Both the position numbers and the translations under genes were made by a program. A DNA stretch of 39,963 nt from Lenisia limosa (lineage: Eukaryota > Protista > Breviatea), in NCBI GenBank assembly GCA_001655205.1, contig LPNZ01007467.1, forward strand, positions 1-39,963. Reading direction: 5' to 3'. Within the stretch, counting starts at the first letter, position 1, and every line of letters starts with the position of its first letter. The notes under the pieces were generated by a model. That model was not told where the DNA came from. It worked only from the letters and a program-made list of their open reading frames with translations, and made no database searches. Of the stretch, positions 15,401 through 28,160 are shown piece by piece.

Positions 15401-15530
15401 GGTTATGGATGGAAGTTTTTTGGTGGGGTAAATGTAACTAGTGTAACTAATGTATATTTATCAGTCGCCCGGATTATGTTTAAATAAAATATCTCTTACT
15501 ATCTTACAAACTCAACCAAATGCTTGTTGT
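12490..15530 (-). CDS. Hypothetical alpha-helical (ARM/HEAT-like) protein; ends approximate
   Basis: A chain of short exons with amphipathic helical peptides: KWEEYQAQMAAMQGSE|ENAWWFITK, KEDTLKRREREERIEKFKK, ELVRKAPLSLLSSSPVLSNIVDKCLE, DLVHNDERISRQSLEGL, LVLPYVSNLIEALGNTK, LREKVFQVFTQIIEDNDENVK. No family recognised. Confidence 0.45.
15071..15135. repeat. Tandem duplication (32 + 33 bp) spanning a splice donor
   Basis: CCCATCCTTCCACCTTCGGAACCCTGCATTGC (15071-15102) followed by CCCATCCTTCCAACCTTCGGAACCCTGCATTGC (15103-15135); they differ by a 1-bp indel. Confidence 0.9.
15324..15385. repeat. Tandem duplication, 2 x 31 bp
   Basis: GCTTATATAACCCTTTCTTCA(G/A)CAGAACAGT twice with one mismatch; probably intronic. 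Confidence 0.9.
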
Positions 15531-15628
15531 AGTTGGGAATCTAAAGTAGCCCCCCCCTCCAAAGCGGCCCCATCCCTTTTCAAGGAGGCATATCGCTTCT
15601 CTTCCTTTGACTAGTTTTTGCTGGTGCG

Positions 15629-18600
15629 ATGGCACTCCAATGTGTCAATGTCCCAACTCTCTTTGAAACCGCCCTCAATAAGGTGAGTGGTGTAGTTCCA
15701 TGTGATGAATGTTGCAGTAACGAATTGGCCTCTTTTTGACCTTCAGGTTGCCCTGCATCCCGAGGTAGTCTTCGACAAGGAAATCCCACAGCAAGTGTGC
15801 CATCAAAACGTCTTTCTGAACTTATCATATACACTTGTCATGTTTATAAGCTTGTTCTTGCAAGTTACAATACCCAGTTCCCCCATTATTTGACATGGTA
15901 TCGAAAGAGTCAAGTCCCATTCTTCACCCTGCAGTTGATATCTTTCTTGATTGCGCGCCTTTGTTTCACTCAATCAAGTCATTTGAACAATGTGTTTGTG
16001 GGTGTCTACTTTTGCATGGGTGTGTAGCATAAGTGGCCGGAGATAGGCAAATAAGGCCAAATAGTGACCCTTTAGCTTCGCTGCGTTATGCGCAGAACAT
16101 ACCCTCAATACCCTTGATGTCTCCAAGTGCTACGAACTTGATGTTGAAGTGTTTCGTGAGGGATTAGCTGAAGTGGGTCACTTACGTAGCAATTCCACTT
16201 TGGGACGGTTTTGACATTTTAGTTGTCATCTCTTCGTTCCCTGGTGATTTCTGATACACCGCATCTTCTTTCTGCAGTTTTACCAACCTGGTCAACAACC
16301 CCTATATCCGGTCCTGTTTTAGCCCTTCAAGAACTCAAATTGGATGATTTACCAGTATTGAGAAAGGTTGGGGGTGTGACCCCTTAGAGATAAACGCGCG
16401 ATGTATCTGTAATCCAGTTCAGGACTTGGAGTCATTAGCACATTGCATGCAGAATTTGTCCAGTCTCTCCATTACGCATAGCCCTTCCCTTGTGTCAACG
16501 TCTTTAACAAAGTGGCCAACTTCTCTCAAAGTTGGCAATTCATGATAACTAGAATCTATTGTTCCACAGCCCTCATGCTTACACATAGGAACTGGACCTC
16601 ACGGGGTCACCATCTGTGTTTCCGAGCCTGCATACCGCCTCCAGTCTCCTTGTGGCATGCCCGATGCTTCAGAGCCTTATCATCCCGGACTGTTCAATCA
16701 CCAAAGCAACCGCTGCCATGTTTCTTATGAGGTGATGGAGTCAGAGTAGGATACAATACAATGGGTTGTCCTATCACGTTTCCAATAGTATTGATGTGTT
16801 ATGTCCTAACGTTTCCAATAGTATTCACCTTTCATTTGTCAAGACTTTTCAAGCAACTATCCTCGTAACATATCATACGGCTGGAATATTGTCTTACTTA
16901 TACAGTTTCCCAAACTTGCACAGTCTCCATCTTCCTGAGTGTCGCGGTTTGGCATGGGAGGTTCTGAGTGACAATAGAGACAAGCTCCATCGCCTGTCAT
17001 CCGTGTCAATACCATCTGAAAGGTGGTCGTCATCAATGTGTTGTCTTACTCTTTAGTGGCTACGGAACAGTCCAGGTCTTGGCATCTTTAGCACAGAGCA
17101 GAAGAGGATTAGTAGATCTCATTGTAAGTGCTCTAGCGGATAGCTCATTCTCAGGTTCCAAGAACTGAGATTTTGTCTTCGGAAGCGTTGGATCTTTTGG
17201 CTACTTTGGCCTCCACCCCCATTCCCGAACCAAAGAAAGTTGTAAGCTGGTGCCGGGTGTCCAGTTGTGAAAGGTCTCAAAAGGTTCTAGTCTTCAGGTT
17301 ACAAAAAAGAGCTTTTGTAAAAGCACTATGTTTGGGGAACTTATTCTTAGTGCTTTTTCGGTCATCTTGAATATTCTAAAATTACTGTTGGATTAATCGT
17401 AGTAGTCGGGAACTTCAAGGAACATTTTGCAAAGACACAGTGCACCACCTGAAGAACCCTCAATACTTGACCAAGTGAGCCAATTGAATCTCTGACCTCC
17501 AAGGTGGAGCAAGAAGAGCCGGGTAACGGACCGTCGGACCATGAGAGTGACTCTGAATCGGAGGTGCGCCATCCCCCCCACATATCTGTCTCATGTCAAT
17601 AGGCCCGATCTGAGGTGTCATCCTTCGCCGATTTTGACGGTAGTGACGACGAGAAGGGGGTAGTAGCCTCTGTCAATAAGGAGATCACAACAGCGGATAT
17701 TTCGGTGTCATTTCCTGAGCCTGAAGAAGAAAGGTAAAAGCTTTTTTCACATGTGACGAATTAGCCCTGAAAGTACACCGGTAGCGGTCCCTCCAACTCT
17801 TCCTCCTATTCCCTCTGCAAGAAGAATCGTGAGCAGGATAAACTTTTACATGTTTATACCAATCATGTTTTTTGTTTGTCTTTTCATGCCATAGCTTCCG
17901 AAGCACCCGCCATTCCCAACCCATCTTCGGCCAAAACAGGCGAATCGGTAAGGCAATGACAACCTGCTTATTTCGTAGTCCAAAAGCGCCAAAAGCTAGC
18001 CTCCAGAACTTGTCATTCTCAAGCCTTGATAGTTGGTGGAGAGATGGCTCATCGTACTCCATCATCCACAAAGCTGCAGATAACTGAATATTGAAATCTC
18101 ATTCGTATATGAAGTATTTTTTGCTCTACAGCCTCTTGTCACAACATTACAGCTTCGGCCCCATCCACCGCCCTTGCCACCTTTCCCTTTTTGAAGACTT
18201 TGAGAATCCCCAATCTGTCGGGAGCGGTGGACCCTTTAACGTGGGAAATGGACTGAATTGATTGAACCTGCCGAAGTTTTTCATGCGCATTTACGATTAG
18301 CCCTGAGACCCTTGGATGGCACCATTTCCCCTCCAATCGTGGGGAAGGCGGACAGCTGAGGCTCGAGCACCTCTCTGTCGAGTCCACATCACCAATGACA
18401 AGTTGGCAGGCCGGAATGGAGTAGTACCAGTTTCAGTAACATTGTAGATGGTTTTCTGGAGTCAGTCTTGCCAAGGTCCCCGCATTTAACATCACTTTCC
18501 TTATTTGGGTGTCTCAATGACGTGGGTGACCTGTTTTCAATCCTGATGAAACAAGGTGGATGGAAGTGCCATCGAACTGATTGCAAGATGCTGTCCCCTC

Positions 18601-20211
18601 TTAGCATCTTTGGACGTTTCCAAGTGCAGCAAACTCTCCAACGATGACCTTGTACCGTTGAAGCGGTTTGAGTGGTGCAATGCCATTTTTGAGTATAGTG
18701 CACAGAGTTGTAAGGCAAATATTGGGAGAATTAATATTATACTATAATTCAATATCTCTTTTTAGCGTGATTGTGTGGACGGCTTCGTACAGATACAACC
18801 TTGGTTTTTATTTTCCATTGCTATATTCTCTGTCGATATATGTATTTCCTTTCTGAGTGTTAAATAACCTCAAATAAGTAAGATGTGGCACACGATTTAC
18901 TCTGTTATAACGGAAGGGGTTTTGTAAATATTCCAATTAACCTGTCACGAGGACACAGGCTTCGGTTGGAGGAGTTCCGTGGTTGTGATGTGCATTATCT
19001 GAGCGTAAGTTCCCTCATTTCTGTTGCCCGGCCCACCATAAGGCTATTGGACCTCAAAGGAGCTAGTTCCGGTAATAAGGGTTCTGAGTATTGTGAATTC
19101 TCATAAGGTGTGACTTCTCAGCTGACGGGCGATTATTGAGACATCTGGCTGACCACTGTCCGCTTTTGAGAGTATTGAATGTTGCTGAATGTGATGGTAT
19201 GTCGTTTTCCCCGGCATCAATGGGTGATTTAGTTTTACACCATGATTGTTCATAACCTTTGTTATCTACAACATGTGTAGCACTTCAGCCCCTTTGTTAT
19301 AGAACCATTTCTCCTGGAGCGCTCCACCTTCATGCGCTTGATATATCGTGGTATGCCGGCTCACTCTTGTGCAGTAACCCCACAGGTCCGATACTATGAC
19401 TGATGATGGGGTGATAGATGTTTGCACAATGTTTCCAATGTTGGTATGCTTCAAAGCTCGAGGACTGCCCATCTCCGATGAAACCCTAGGTTGGCAGCCA
19501 GTGCATCAAATGTTAATTGGAGTTCTATTTACAGCAATAACTCACAATTGAAGCTGTGATGGCAACGCTTCTGCCGAATCTGCAACGCCTTGTTCTAACT
19601 CGGTGTGAGAGAGTGACGGACAAGGGATTGGCTACCGTTGCTGCTGGGTGGCCAAAGCTAAGGGAACTTGTGGGCTTGGATTACAGCTTGGGAAATACAC
19701 ATTTTTCTCTCATCATGATCCCTGCTTGTGTGGGCTATCGAGGCCTCAAATAACTGTCCAGAGAGTTTCATGGTGTGACAAAGTGACGAATCATGGTTCC
19801 ACTCATATCTTGCATATGGAGGATTTGGAAAGTCTGGAGCTTTCAGGCTGTAAACGCCTCTCAAATTCAGGTTGGAAGCTGTTATCTCTGAAACACAGGA
19901 AAATAATAAAGTGTTTTAAATCTATCCTCATATTGCATCTCACTTTTTTTCAGGACTGGCAGCTTCACCAAAGCACCTGCATAGTTTGAACGTTGCCTGG
20001 TGCGACTCAATCAATGAAGAGGTTGGTTCATTCCACACCAGTCACCTTGTAGCTTCTCATCCAGCTCTACCAACATAAACATGCCAGTCACAAACCGGCA
20101 CCCTCGCGACTGCAGGGATACTACGGCGGATGGAGCCATGTTTTCGAGCCCGATGCAAAACAACGCATTGGTGGCGGCACCTGGTGGGTAGTATATATCA
20201 AAGAGAAATAA
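15629..20211 (+). CDS. Cys-containing leucine-rich-repeat protein (FBXL/AMN1-like), multi-exon, with an acidic insert
   Basis: N-terminus MALQCVNVPTLFETALNK|VALHPEVVFDKEIPQQ (BC-box/F-box-like). Repeats include TLNTLDVSKCYEL, CPMLQSLIIPDC, FPNLHSLHLPECRGL, CCPLLASLDVSKCSKLSNDDL, LPNLQRLVLTRCERVTDKGLATVA, WCDKVTNHG, LESLELSGCKRLSNSG and LHSLNVAWCDSI. The last exon (20053-20211) is tentative. Confidence 0.75.
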
Positions 20212-20299
20212 AAAAACAAGATTGTACCTGGCCGAAGCTGTCTACACCATCAGTAATTCACCCAGTCACACAGCTTTCTGATGCCTCTTAGCATACAGT

Positions 20300-21515
20300 A
20301 TAATAAGTGGGGTATTTCATGCTCCTAAAAAGACTGGTGAAATGCTACTTATCGAGAATCTATCGAAAGTGTCGGGATAGTATTGCACCTCATTTTTCAG
20401 AACTCCTAATCTTGAAGTAAATGCAATTTATTGAGACCGTTAGTTTCCTTGTTTTGTGGTTCTTTGACAAATGGATCTTTTGAATCTACAGTGGTTAATC
20501 ATCTTTGTGAAACGTACAAAGAGACGGCTATACCTACGTTTTGGGATCAGTTCTCAGAGTGCAGCACCTTTAACCCATTGTTCACAATCAATTGCATTGC
20601 GTAGCCAACAGCTGAAGGATGAGGTCCTCAAGGTGTGCGTTCATAAACATTTCTTTAAAACAAAGTTAACGAAGAAAAATCTCCATGAACGAAAGAGTTT
20701 CCTGGGTATGGGAAGGGGGAAGGCTACTACAATATAATGTAGGGGAGTGCAATAATCTTTTTGATATCTATGTTTAACAACACACTTCATTTCGATAACA
20801 AAAGGTTGAGATTCACCTGTCCCCACGAAGTTTGTTGGGATAACAGCAGGTCTGCTAGGTAACCCAACATTTACTTATTCTTAAAGAGCGGTAAACGACC
20901 CCCCCCCCGAACCTCCACAAATCGCAAACATCAAGATGATAGCAGAGCTTTGGGCAATCCATGAGCCCTCGCTGGCATACGTGGACACAAAAGGCTGAAC
21001 GTAGTCCTCCCAGACCTGAAAAGTCAACCAATGTCTGATGGTTTCATTCAACACAGGGGGGGGGGGGAGTAATATTGAGAAGGTCAGAAATATCTTAAAG
21101 CCATACTAATCGATGCAGTTATTATTAACCCCTAAAAATGACAGGCCAAGGCCATGAATAACTCAATACCAGAGTATTAGCATTGCAACTGCACCGTTCC
21201 ATACAAATGCCTGACCAGACCCCCCATTATTATACATGTTATTTGACTGTAGTAGATTTCTTTATCGCACATGCTTATTCAAAATAATACCGATCTCTCT
21301 TAATTGACGCAATCAACACCTTCAAATAAACTCATAACGTTTGTACCCCCTCCCGTTACGATGGGGACACCGTAGATGATGGCAGTGATGGAGACGGCAA
21401 GGACCATGAAGTGGTGGAAGGCATGGCTGTTGGGGGCCATCTTGACCACCGTGTTTCTGTTCCGTTTGCTCGGCGCCATCGGGTTCTTCGAGCTTGCTGA
21501 TTTAGACTTCGCCAT
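20300..21515 (-). CDS. Hypothetical multi-pass membrane protein; 3' end uncertain
   Basis: ATG 21515 gives MAKSKSASSKNPMAPSKRNRNTVVKMAPNSHAFHHFMVLAVSITAIIYGVPI|VLIASIKRDR, with C-ending-rich codons as in HSP70. A later exon reads VWEDYVQPFVSTYASEGSWIAQSSAIILMFAICG. Confidence 0.4.
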
Positions 21516-21699
21516 GATGAGGAATGGGGAGGGGGTCTTCGTTTCCGTGTTGTGTGGTCCTGTTTGCTGTAGTATATAAGGCTCGAAGCAGGCGATAAGC
21601 AAAGGTAAGTGGAAGCCAAGGAGAAGCAGTGGGCAATTTTAGTTGTTCGGAATTTGCGCCAAAAGGTGTGGTGCCCCCGTCCCGTGAATTTCACTCACC

Positions 21700-22800
21700 A
21701 TTATGCCTATTAAGGCAATTCAAATTCTGCTCTTGAGCTGGAGTCTCTCTTATTATTCTTCCCCGTTAGATATTTGATACATTTCAAGTTCAAATTCAAG
21801 TCTGTCTGTCAGCAGTCTGTGGTCTGTTTGCACATAGATCAGGAGGTGTTTGGAGCCGCCTTGGTATGGAGTATTCCAAGATGGCTGAGTGTGTGCGGTG
21901 CTATGACCCAAATGAATGGCCTTGGGTGGGCCACTGTTTACCATGCTATACCTTCAAAATTCATGTTTAGAAACTAAAATTAGTGTGCTTCATGACCCAC
22001 ATTTGACTTATTATTTCATAATCATCATGGTTACATTATACTAACTAGTTGTGGCCATCGCAACAAGAGCCATATTCCTCGAGATAAACTGTCAGCTTAC
22101 ATGTTCAGCCGAGTTGCATGTTCAGGAGAAGGGTTAACGAGGCATGCCACATTGGAAGAGGCAAACAATCAAGTTGGGTTTTGTATTTTCCTAAATCACA
22201 ACACAGATCATTCAATTTAAAAGGAGAGCAGCGAGTTTTGCCTCTAATTCCCCCACATCGTGAGTGTAACAATAGATAATCACTTCCAACAGACTACATT
22301 TCCGACTATTTTGAGGAGGACCCGCTGAAGTGGCGCGGTGACTACACAAATGTTGGAGGATGAGAGAAATCCATGACCTTTGCAGTCCTTCGACGACTGC
22401 GAATCGGACGACTATGAAGACGAGGAGTATGAATTATCTGACGAAGAGGATGCCATCCTTGAAACCTCAATGTATGAGAGCACAAACGTCACAATCAAGA
22501 GAAAATGTGAGTTGGCAATTGTGCGCATCGGAGGAGACGGTCAACGTGTCAGTTTACAAGGCAATCTGTCCAGATTTGTCTGGATGGGAAACAACACAAG
22601 TGATTCCTTTGGTTATTGGGAGTAAACACAAACCTTGAAACTTCTTACACTCTATTTGTTAAATGGTAAATGATAGTCCCCTGAAATAACCACTTAGGTG
22701 GAAATGCAAAAGTAACGAAATGCTGCTGTCGCGTTGAACTTCCCCCAAGACACAGACTCTGAAGAAGGTACAAGGGAAGCTAATAACCATATCAGATTTT
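21700..22800 (+). CDS. Probable small hypothetical gene; frame unresolved
   Basis: Several GT/AG-bounded open segments (about 21820-21930, 22050-22170, 22210-22260, 22385-22470), one of which can read as acidic DDCESDDYEDEEYELSDEED. No unique phase-consistent model was found. Confidence 0.25.
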
Positions 22801-23223
22801 GAAGACTCCCTAGAGAACCGCGCTGGCTCATGTGACATAATATTTCACATAGTTATGCATATCATTTGACATATTATATGATATATGTAGTATTGACGTT
22901 GTCAGTCCAAAAACAATACCTTGTGAAAGAAACCAACGAAATCTGTTTTTACATAAACTCAGGCAAATTCTTGATTGCCACTCTGACTCCCAAGATACAG
23001 GCAACTACCCTGAAGTGCGGAAACTCCTTTCAGCAAAGCCAGTGCATGAAGACTCTTCAAGTTCCTCATTCATATTCTCAAATTTCATTGAAAACTGACC
23101 TAATTGAAAACTGATTACAAGAAAACCACTTTTTGCTTCAAAGATGCAGCCAGAGTAGAAATAAAACCAGAATATATCAACATAGGGCAGTCTTGTGACC
23201 GAAGAAAAATAAGAAAGTGTAAA

Positions 23224-26041
23224 TTAGCGGCGGCGGTGGGTGGTGTGGAGGAGCTCGTGAGCCTTGTCTGAGAAAAGCTTGCCTTCCATGTGCTCATTGT
23301 AGACCTGGAAGCTAAGTGCAAGTAGAGAGGATGGTGAAAGAAGCAAGCAGCAGGCTGAAGCTTACGGTGATGAGATCGGGGTTGAGGAGAGAGGTACGAG
23401 AAGTGGAGTCTCTGTCGATGGCACGAAGGGCCTCCATACGGTCAGCAATGGTGGAAGAAGACTCGGGGGTAGGCATGCCGCCACCACCAACGCAGCCTCC
23501 AGGGCAGGCCTGAGGGGTTAACCGATAGGAGCGAGTGCAGTATGAATGGAAGGAAGCTCACCATCATTTCGATGAAGTGGTAATCTTGGAGTCCGTCCTT
23601 TGCGCGGAGAACAAGCTTCTGAAGAACGGAAGCGCCGGAAGCAACAGCAACGCGGAGCTGAAGTGTCAGTATATTACTCTCACTCGAGCGGAGAGTTGCC
23701 GATATTTTGAAGATCCTTCCTTACCTCCTTGCCGGCGATTTCAACGACGGCTTCCTTGACACCGTCAAGATGGCCGTTGCGGACCTCAGTGATCTCAACA
23801 TCCTTAAGCTCCTCGCCTAAAACGTCAGCTACACTGCAACTTTCAAGCCCTCAAAGAAGACACTATTACCTCCGAACCCCTCGCAGCCCACCGGTCATGA
23901 TGACGTTAGCGGAACGGAGAGCGGCCTCCATGACACCTCCAGAGGTACCGAAGATGGCGCCGGAGCCAGAGCCGTTGGCAAGAGGGTTGTCGTACTCGGA
24001 CTCCTCAAGGTCGGCGTAGTTGATGCGGTCCATCTTGATCATGGCGGCAATCTCGCGGGCAGTCAGAACGTGGTCGGTCTCGGGAATGGTCTCTGGGGGG
24101 GGGGGGGGNNNNNNNNNNNNNNNNNNNNNNNNNNNNNNNNNNNNNNNNNNNNNNNNNNNNNNNNNNNNNNNNNNNNNNNNNNNNNNNNNNNNNNNNNNNN
24201 NNNNNNNNNNNNNNNNNNNNNNNNNNNNNNNNNNNNNNNNNNNNNNNNNNNNNCCGGTAGAGGACTTCATGGTGAGTTCTTCACGCTCGGACTCGGCCTT
24301 CTTGGCAGTGCAAGGAGCAATGAACTGAGAAGTGAGACGGAGGCGTTAACATGGGAATGCCTACGGTGATGTCAATGTCTTCGGGGTTGGCCTCGATCTT
24401 GTCGGCAAAGTAGGTCTTGGTGAGAGACGCGAGCATGCCTTGAGGGGACTTGCAGCTAGAGGAGTTATAACAAACCAATGTGACGCTTGACGAACCTGGA
24501 GAGCTGGGGAAGAACCTCGGGGTGGAGCTTCTCGACAAGGTTGACCCAGGCGGGGCAGCAGGAAGTGAACATGGGGAAGGGGCCGCCGTTCTGGATGCGA
24601 CGGACGAGTTCGGAAGCCTCCTCAACAGTGGTGAAATCGGCACCGAAGTTGACATCGAAGACGTAGTCGAAGCCGAGCTGGCGGAGAGCAGCAACAAGCT
24701 TGCCGGGGGAGAGGGCACCAGAGGGGAGACCGAAGGCCTCGCAGACGGCAACACGGACGGAGGGTGCGGTGGTGGCAACCATAACCTTGCGCTTCTCCTA
24801 CAAGATGAGAAAGGTTACAAGGAACAGAGTATAAAGCAATTCACCTCCCTCTAACGCCAGGCATGGAAGTCATGTTGTTACGGACGGACTCCACATGGGG
24901 GTTGGCACGGATGGCGGCAGTGGGGCAGTAGAGAGAGCACTGGCCACACTCAATGCAGCGAGTTTTGTCGAGGGGCTTGCCGTCGGGGGTAGAGATGTGC
25001 TTGTTCATCCACTCAGCAGCGTCTTCGAGGACGGAAAGGTCCTGGATCTCGGCGCAGACACGGACGCAGCGGCCGCAACGGATGCACTTGTGGTCCTTGC
25101 GGGAAAGGGCGGAGGTGATGTCGTCCTGGTTCTTCTCGTTCTCGCGGAGGTTGGCACGAGACTGGGGGGACACCTGAAAGAGTCAAGGAAGCTCTACAAT
25201 GTCGTGTGACAAGTGTAATGAAAGAGCCCCCCCCCCCTCACAGCAGCGGTGACGTTGTACTTGTGGAAGAGGTCCTGGAGCTCACAAGAGCCGTTGGCGG
25301 GGCATGAGGCGCAGTCCTGATGAGTGGGGTAGTCTGAACGAATCTTGGCGAGGCGCTTCTGGACTGAAGAGATCAGTGCATGTTGGGCGAAAGAAGTACA
25401 AACCGGCATCGTTAACGCGGCTGGAGTTAGTCACAATCTCAGAACCATCAATAAGGGCGTTGGTGCAAGCCTTGCGGAGAGTTCCATTGACCTCAACCTG
25501 GCAAACACGGCAAGAACCCTCAACAGAAAGGTTGGGGTGGTAGCAGAGAACAGGAACATAGACACCTGACCAAAGTGAGAAGGAATAGCATAGAACAAAA
25601 AAATGTTCCAGAACAATGGTGTGAAGACGGCTAGAACCGCACTATTTGACCTTATATGACTATAAAAACGCAATTAAAAGATAAATATTCGATTGGGGCT
25701 TGAATATGCGCCACAAACCGGCATCACGGCAAGCGCTGACGATAGACTTGTGGTTTCCACCCTCAATGGTGTGTTTCTGACCGTTGATAGTCACATTGTA
25801 GGTCTGAGGAGCCTCGGCTAAAGATTAAGCAATCTAGACTGAACAGAAATTCAGACATGAATGCATTCCGCCTGATTTATCCTTCATAAAGTCACATTTA
25901 CTATTTACTGAACAGCCCAGACCATCTCATACTTTTCTTGAACTGAGGAACGTAGGTAGCACAGGCACGGGGAAGAAGGCGAGCACTGGTAGCAATAACA
26001 GGCGAAACACGCTGAGAAAGAGTTCTAAAAGCGGCCAGCAT
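23224..26041 (-). CDS. hydA: [FeFe]-hydrogenase, monomeric M3 type (2Fe-2S, His-ligated 4Fe-4S, 2x4Fe-4S, H-cluster, small-subunit tail), with a mitochondrial/MRO-type presequence
   Basis: ATG 26041 gives MLAAFRTLSQRVSPVIATSARLLPRACATY. F-clusters: LCYHPNLSVEGSCRVC...AC; HQDCASCPANGSC; CIRCGRCVRVC; CIECGQCSLYCP. H-domain: APSVR, FGADFTTVEEASELVRR, L1 FTSCCPAW, SSCKSPQ, L2 FIAPCTAKKAE, GAIFGTSGGVMEAA, L3 EMM|ACPGGCVGGGG. It ends AHELLHTTHRRR* (TAA 23224-23226). The N gap lies in a phase-consistent intron. Confidence 0.96.
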
Positions 26042-26130
26042 CTAAAGCAATGACAGCAGAAATGTGAATTCCAAGCCAAAAAGTGGTTTGCTGTATTTAT
26101 GTGTATATTTAAGACGCCCTCATACTTTTA

Positions 26131-28160
26131 ATGCAGAACAAGCAGTCAAAAAAGCAATTTGAAAAAATTGAAAAAAAATGTCTTAAGTATTTCGAAAATT
26201 ATCGACAAAATATCGATGATTATGTAGAACCAACTTTCTTCGCGCCCTCTTGCCCCACTCACTGCCACAACAACCCAACAACAACGTGCCAACAAAAAAA
26301 CAACAAAAAAACGTGTTTCCCTTTCTCTTCCCTGTACACCCCCAAACAACGTGGCCAACGATCCAAACAGAAGCACCTACATCACACAGAGAACAACATA
26401 CTGCAATACTGTAATACTGCTCTTGGGAAATGTAACAATTCCCAAGCCGAACGAAAATAGGGTTGAACAGGTGAACTCGTCGTTTCAAGCAAGACGCTGG
26501 GTGTCTTATTTGCAATGCCAAGGATATTCCCCGTCCCGATTCCGAGGAGAGCGATCCGAAAATGCTCATCTTCAATTGCGAGGTAACGATAATTCAATAT
26601 TTCAACATTTACTAACAGTTATGCGGGGCAACTCTCTTTCTTCCATTTTGTTTTTGCCTTGAGTGTGTTTGCGGTTTCCTTTCCCACCCCCACCTTCGAG
26701 TCAACAGCCAAAGTATGGAGGATGTGACGATGATATGTACGTTTCATTAGTTACTATTTAAGCAACCCATTCAAATTCCACTTTATTTTTCCTTATATCT
26801 AACGAGAATTGAGAAAATCAGACACGATTTAAATGTTTAATTATTTTTGAATATGTCAACCGTTTTTTAACGGTTTCAATTCAATCAACTTCTTGTTCTT
26901 TCTTCACACATTAGCTGTTTGCCTGGTTCTCATTGCTCTCGGTTTGGGTGAACATTTGGCGCAGTTTATGGAAATCCTTACGAACTGGAGGAATTCAGGT
27001 ATGTTTTCACGCCAAGTGGTTAAGCTTCCCTCTCTGGTTACAATTCAGGTTGTTGTCAGCACTTTCATTCTGGCAACGTTCTCAATGAGCTGTCTGTATA
27101 TTATTCTATTGGTGCACCTCACCACTGCGCGGCTTTGGCTGTTGTATTTTGTGGCGACCGCGGCGTACATGGCCTATTGCAACACCCAGCACGAAAGCAG
27201 GGTAGGGGGTTCATTGGTTTTTATTGAATTGAATGATACTTCACCACCGGATGTGATAGTTTTTCAAAGCAACAAACAGGTACAAAATTATCCACACAAC
27301 TCTCACAACCCTTCAGAAACAGGTGACGTCAGGTCTCCTTTCAATGCTGTCACTACTCATTCTCTACGACTCCTCGCTGTCCCATCTTGTCCGGCGCTAT
27401 GTTACGGATGTCGCCCTCTATGTCTTGGATACTGCGTCTTTTTTGACCTCATCTCTGGCGAATATGGTGTTACAGGCAGGACAGTCACTTTATCGAACCA
27501 TCACAAGGTACCTCCCGTTTCTCCATTCTTCTTGTCTTTTTGTATTGAGTGAAGCCTCTGATTGCTTGTCTGTCTGTTGGGCTATCCTGTTGGAGTATTT
27601 CAGCGAGTTTATGGTATAATAAGGCGTAAATTGTTTATTTCTGTTTGATGTTGTTTTAAGCCCTGTTTCCCTGTGCAAGTTTTGGATATCGCATAGTTCT
27701 CTGAGAAAAGGTTGTGTGTCTGGTCGAGAGATAAATATTATACGTGGAAATTCATAACCATTTGTAAACAGCAAACCACAGGTTTTGGGAAACAATTCAT
27801 CACACACAAAAAAAACATTTAAATAACAAGAAACAAAAAAGAAGACTATCTATTCATCAAGATGTACCAAAAGAGTACCCTCATGCTCTCCAACCAGAGA
27901 CTTGGTTCGCAATCGCCCAGAATCTATAGTTTCAGTTTTATATTCTTTGAAGGCTTCAACCAGATTGTTTTTATTTCCCATTTCACCCGCACTCACTTCC
28001 GGTTGGCGGTGCGAGAAGACCCTCAACATCAAACACCACACTTGCAGCAGTCTATGGGATCAGCGCTGATATTGATGTTTGCTTACATCGATTGGCTTCA
28101 TTGGTGGTGATTGCAGAGGGGGACATGAGGCACTTCTCTCATCAACCTGGTTGTAAGGAA
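26131..28160 (+). CDS. Hypothetical membrane protein; exon structure partly unresolved
   Basis: The phase-consistent exons LFAWFSLLSVWVNIWRSLWKSLRTGGIQ|VVVSTFILATFSMSCLYIILLVHLTTARLWLLYFVATAAYMAYC are hydrophobic. An upstream Cys-containing segment reads GCLICNAKDIPRPDSEESDPKMLIFNCE. Start and end are tentative. Confidence 0.35.

Noticed and set aside
15611-15640. Minus-strand VPSHQQKL as a ubiquitin-like start overlapping the LRR gene ATG
   Set aside because: There is an in-frame stop just upstream, and the downstream residues do not continue the UBL pattern.
24109-24253. N gap possibly hiding hydrogenase coding sequence or a frameshift
   Set aside because: The flanks join in phase (ACC G|...CAG|AG ACC) with the expected L2-to-DxVLT spacing, so the gap is intronic.
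26470-26582. In-frame TGA before TRRFKQDAGCLIC as possible selenocysteine or recoding
   Set aside because: It lies next to a candidate splice site, there is no UxxC/CxxU context and no SECIS was identified. An unresolved exon boundary is more likely. Confident genes use standard stops.
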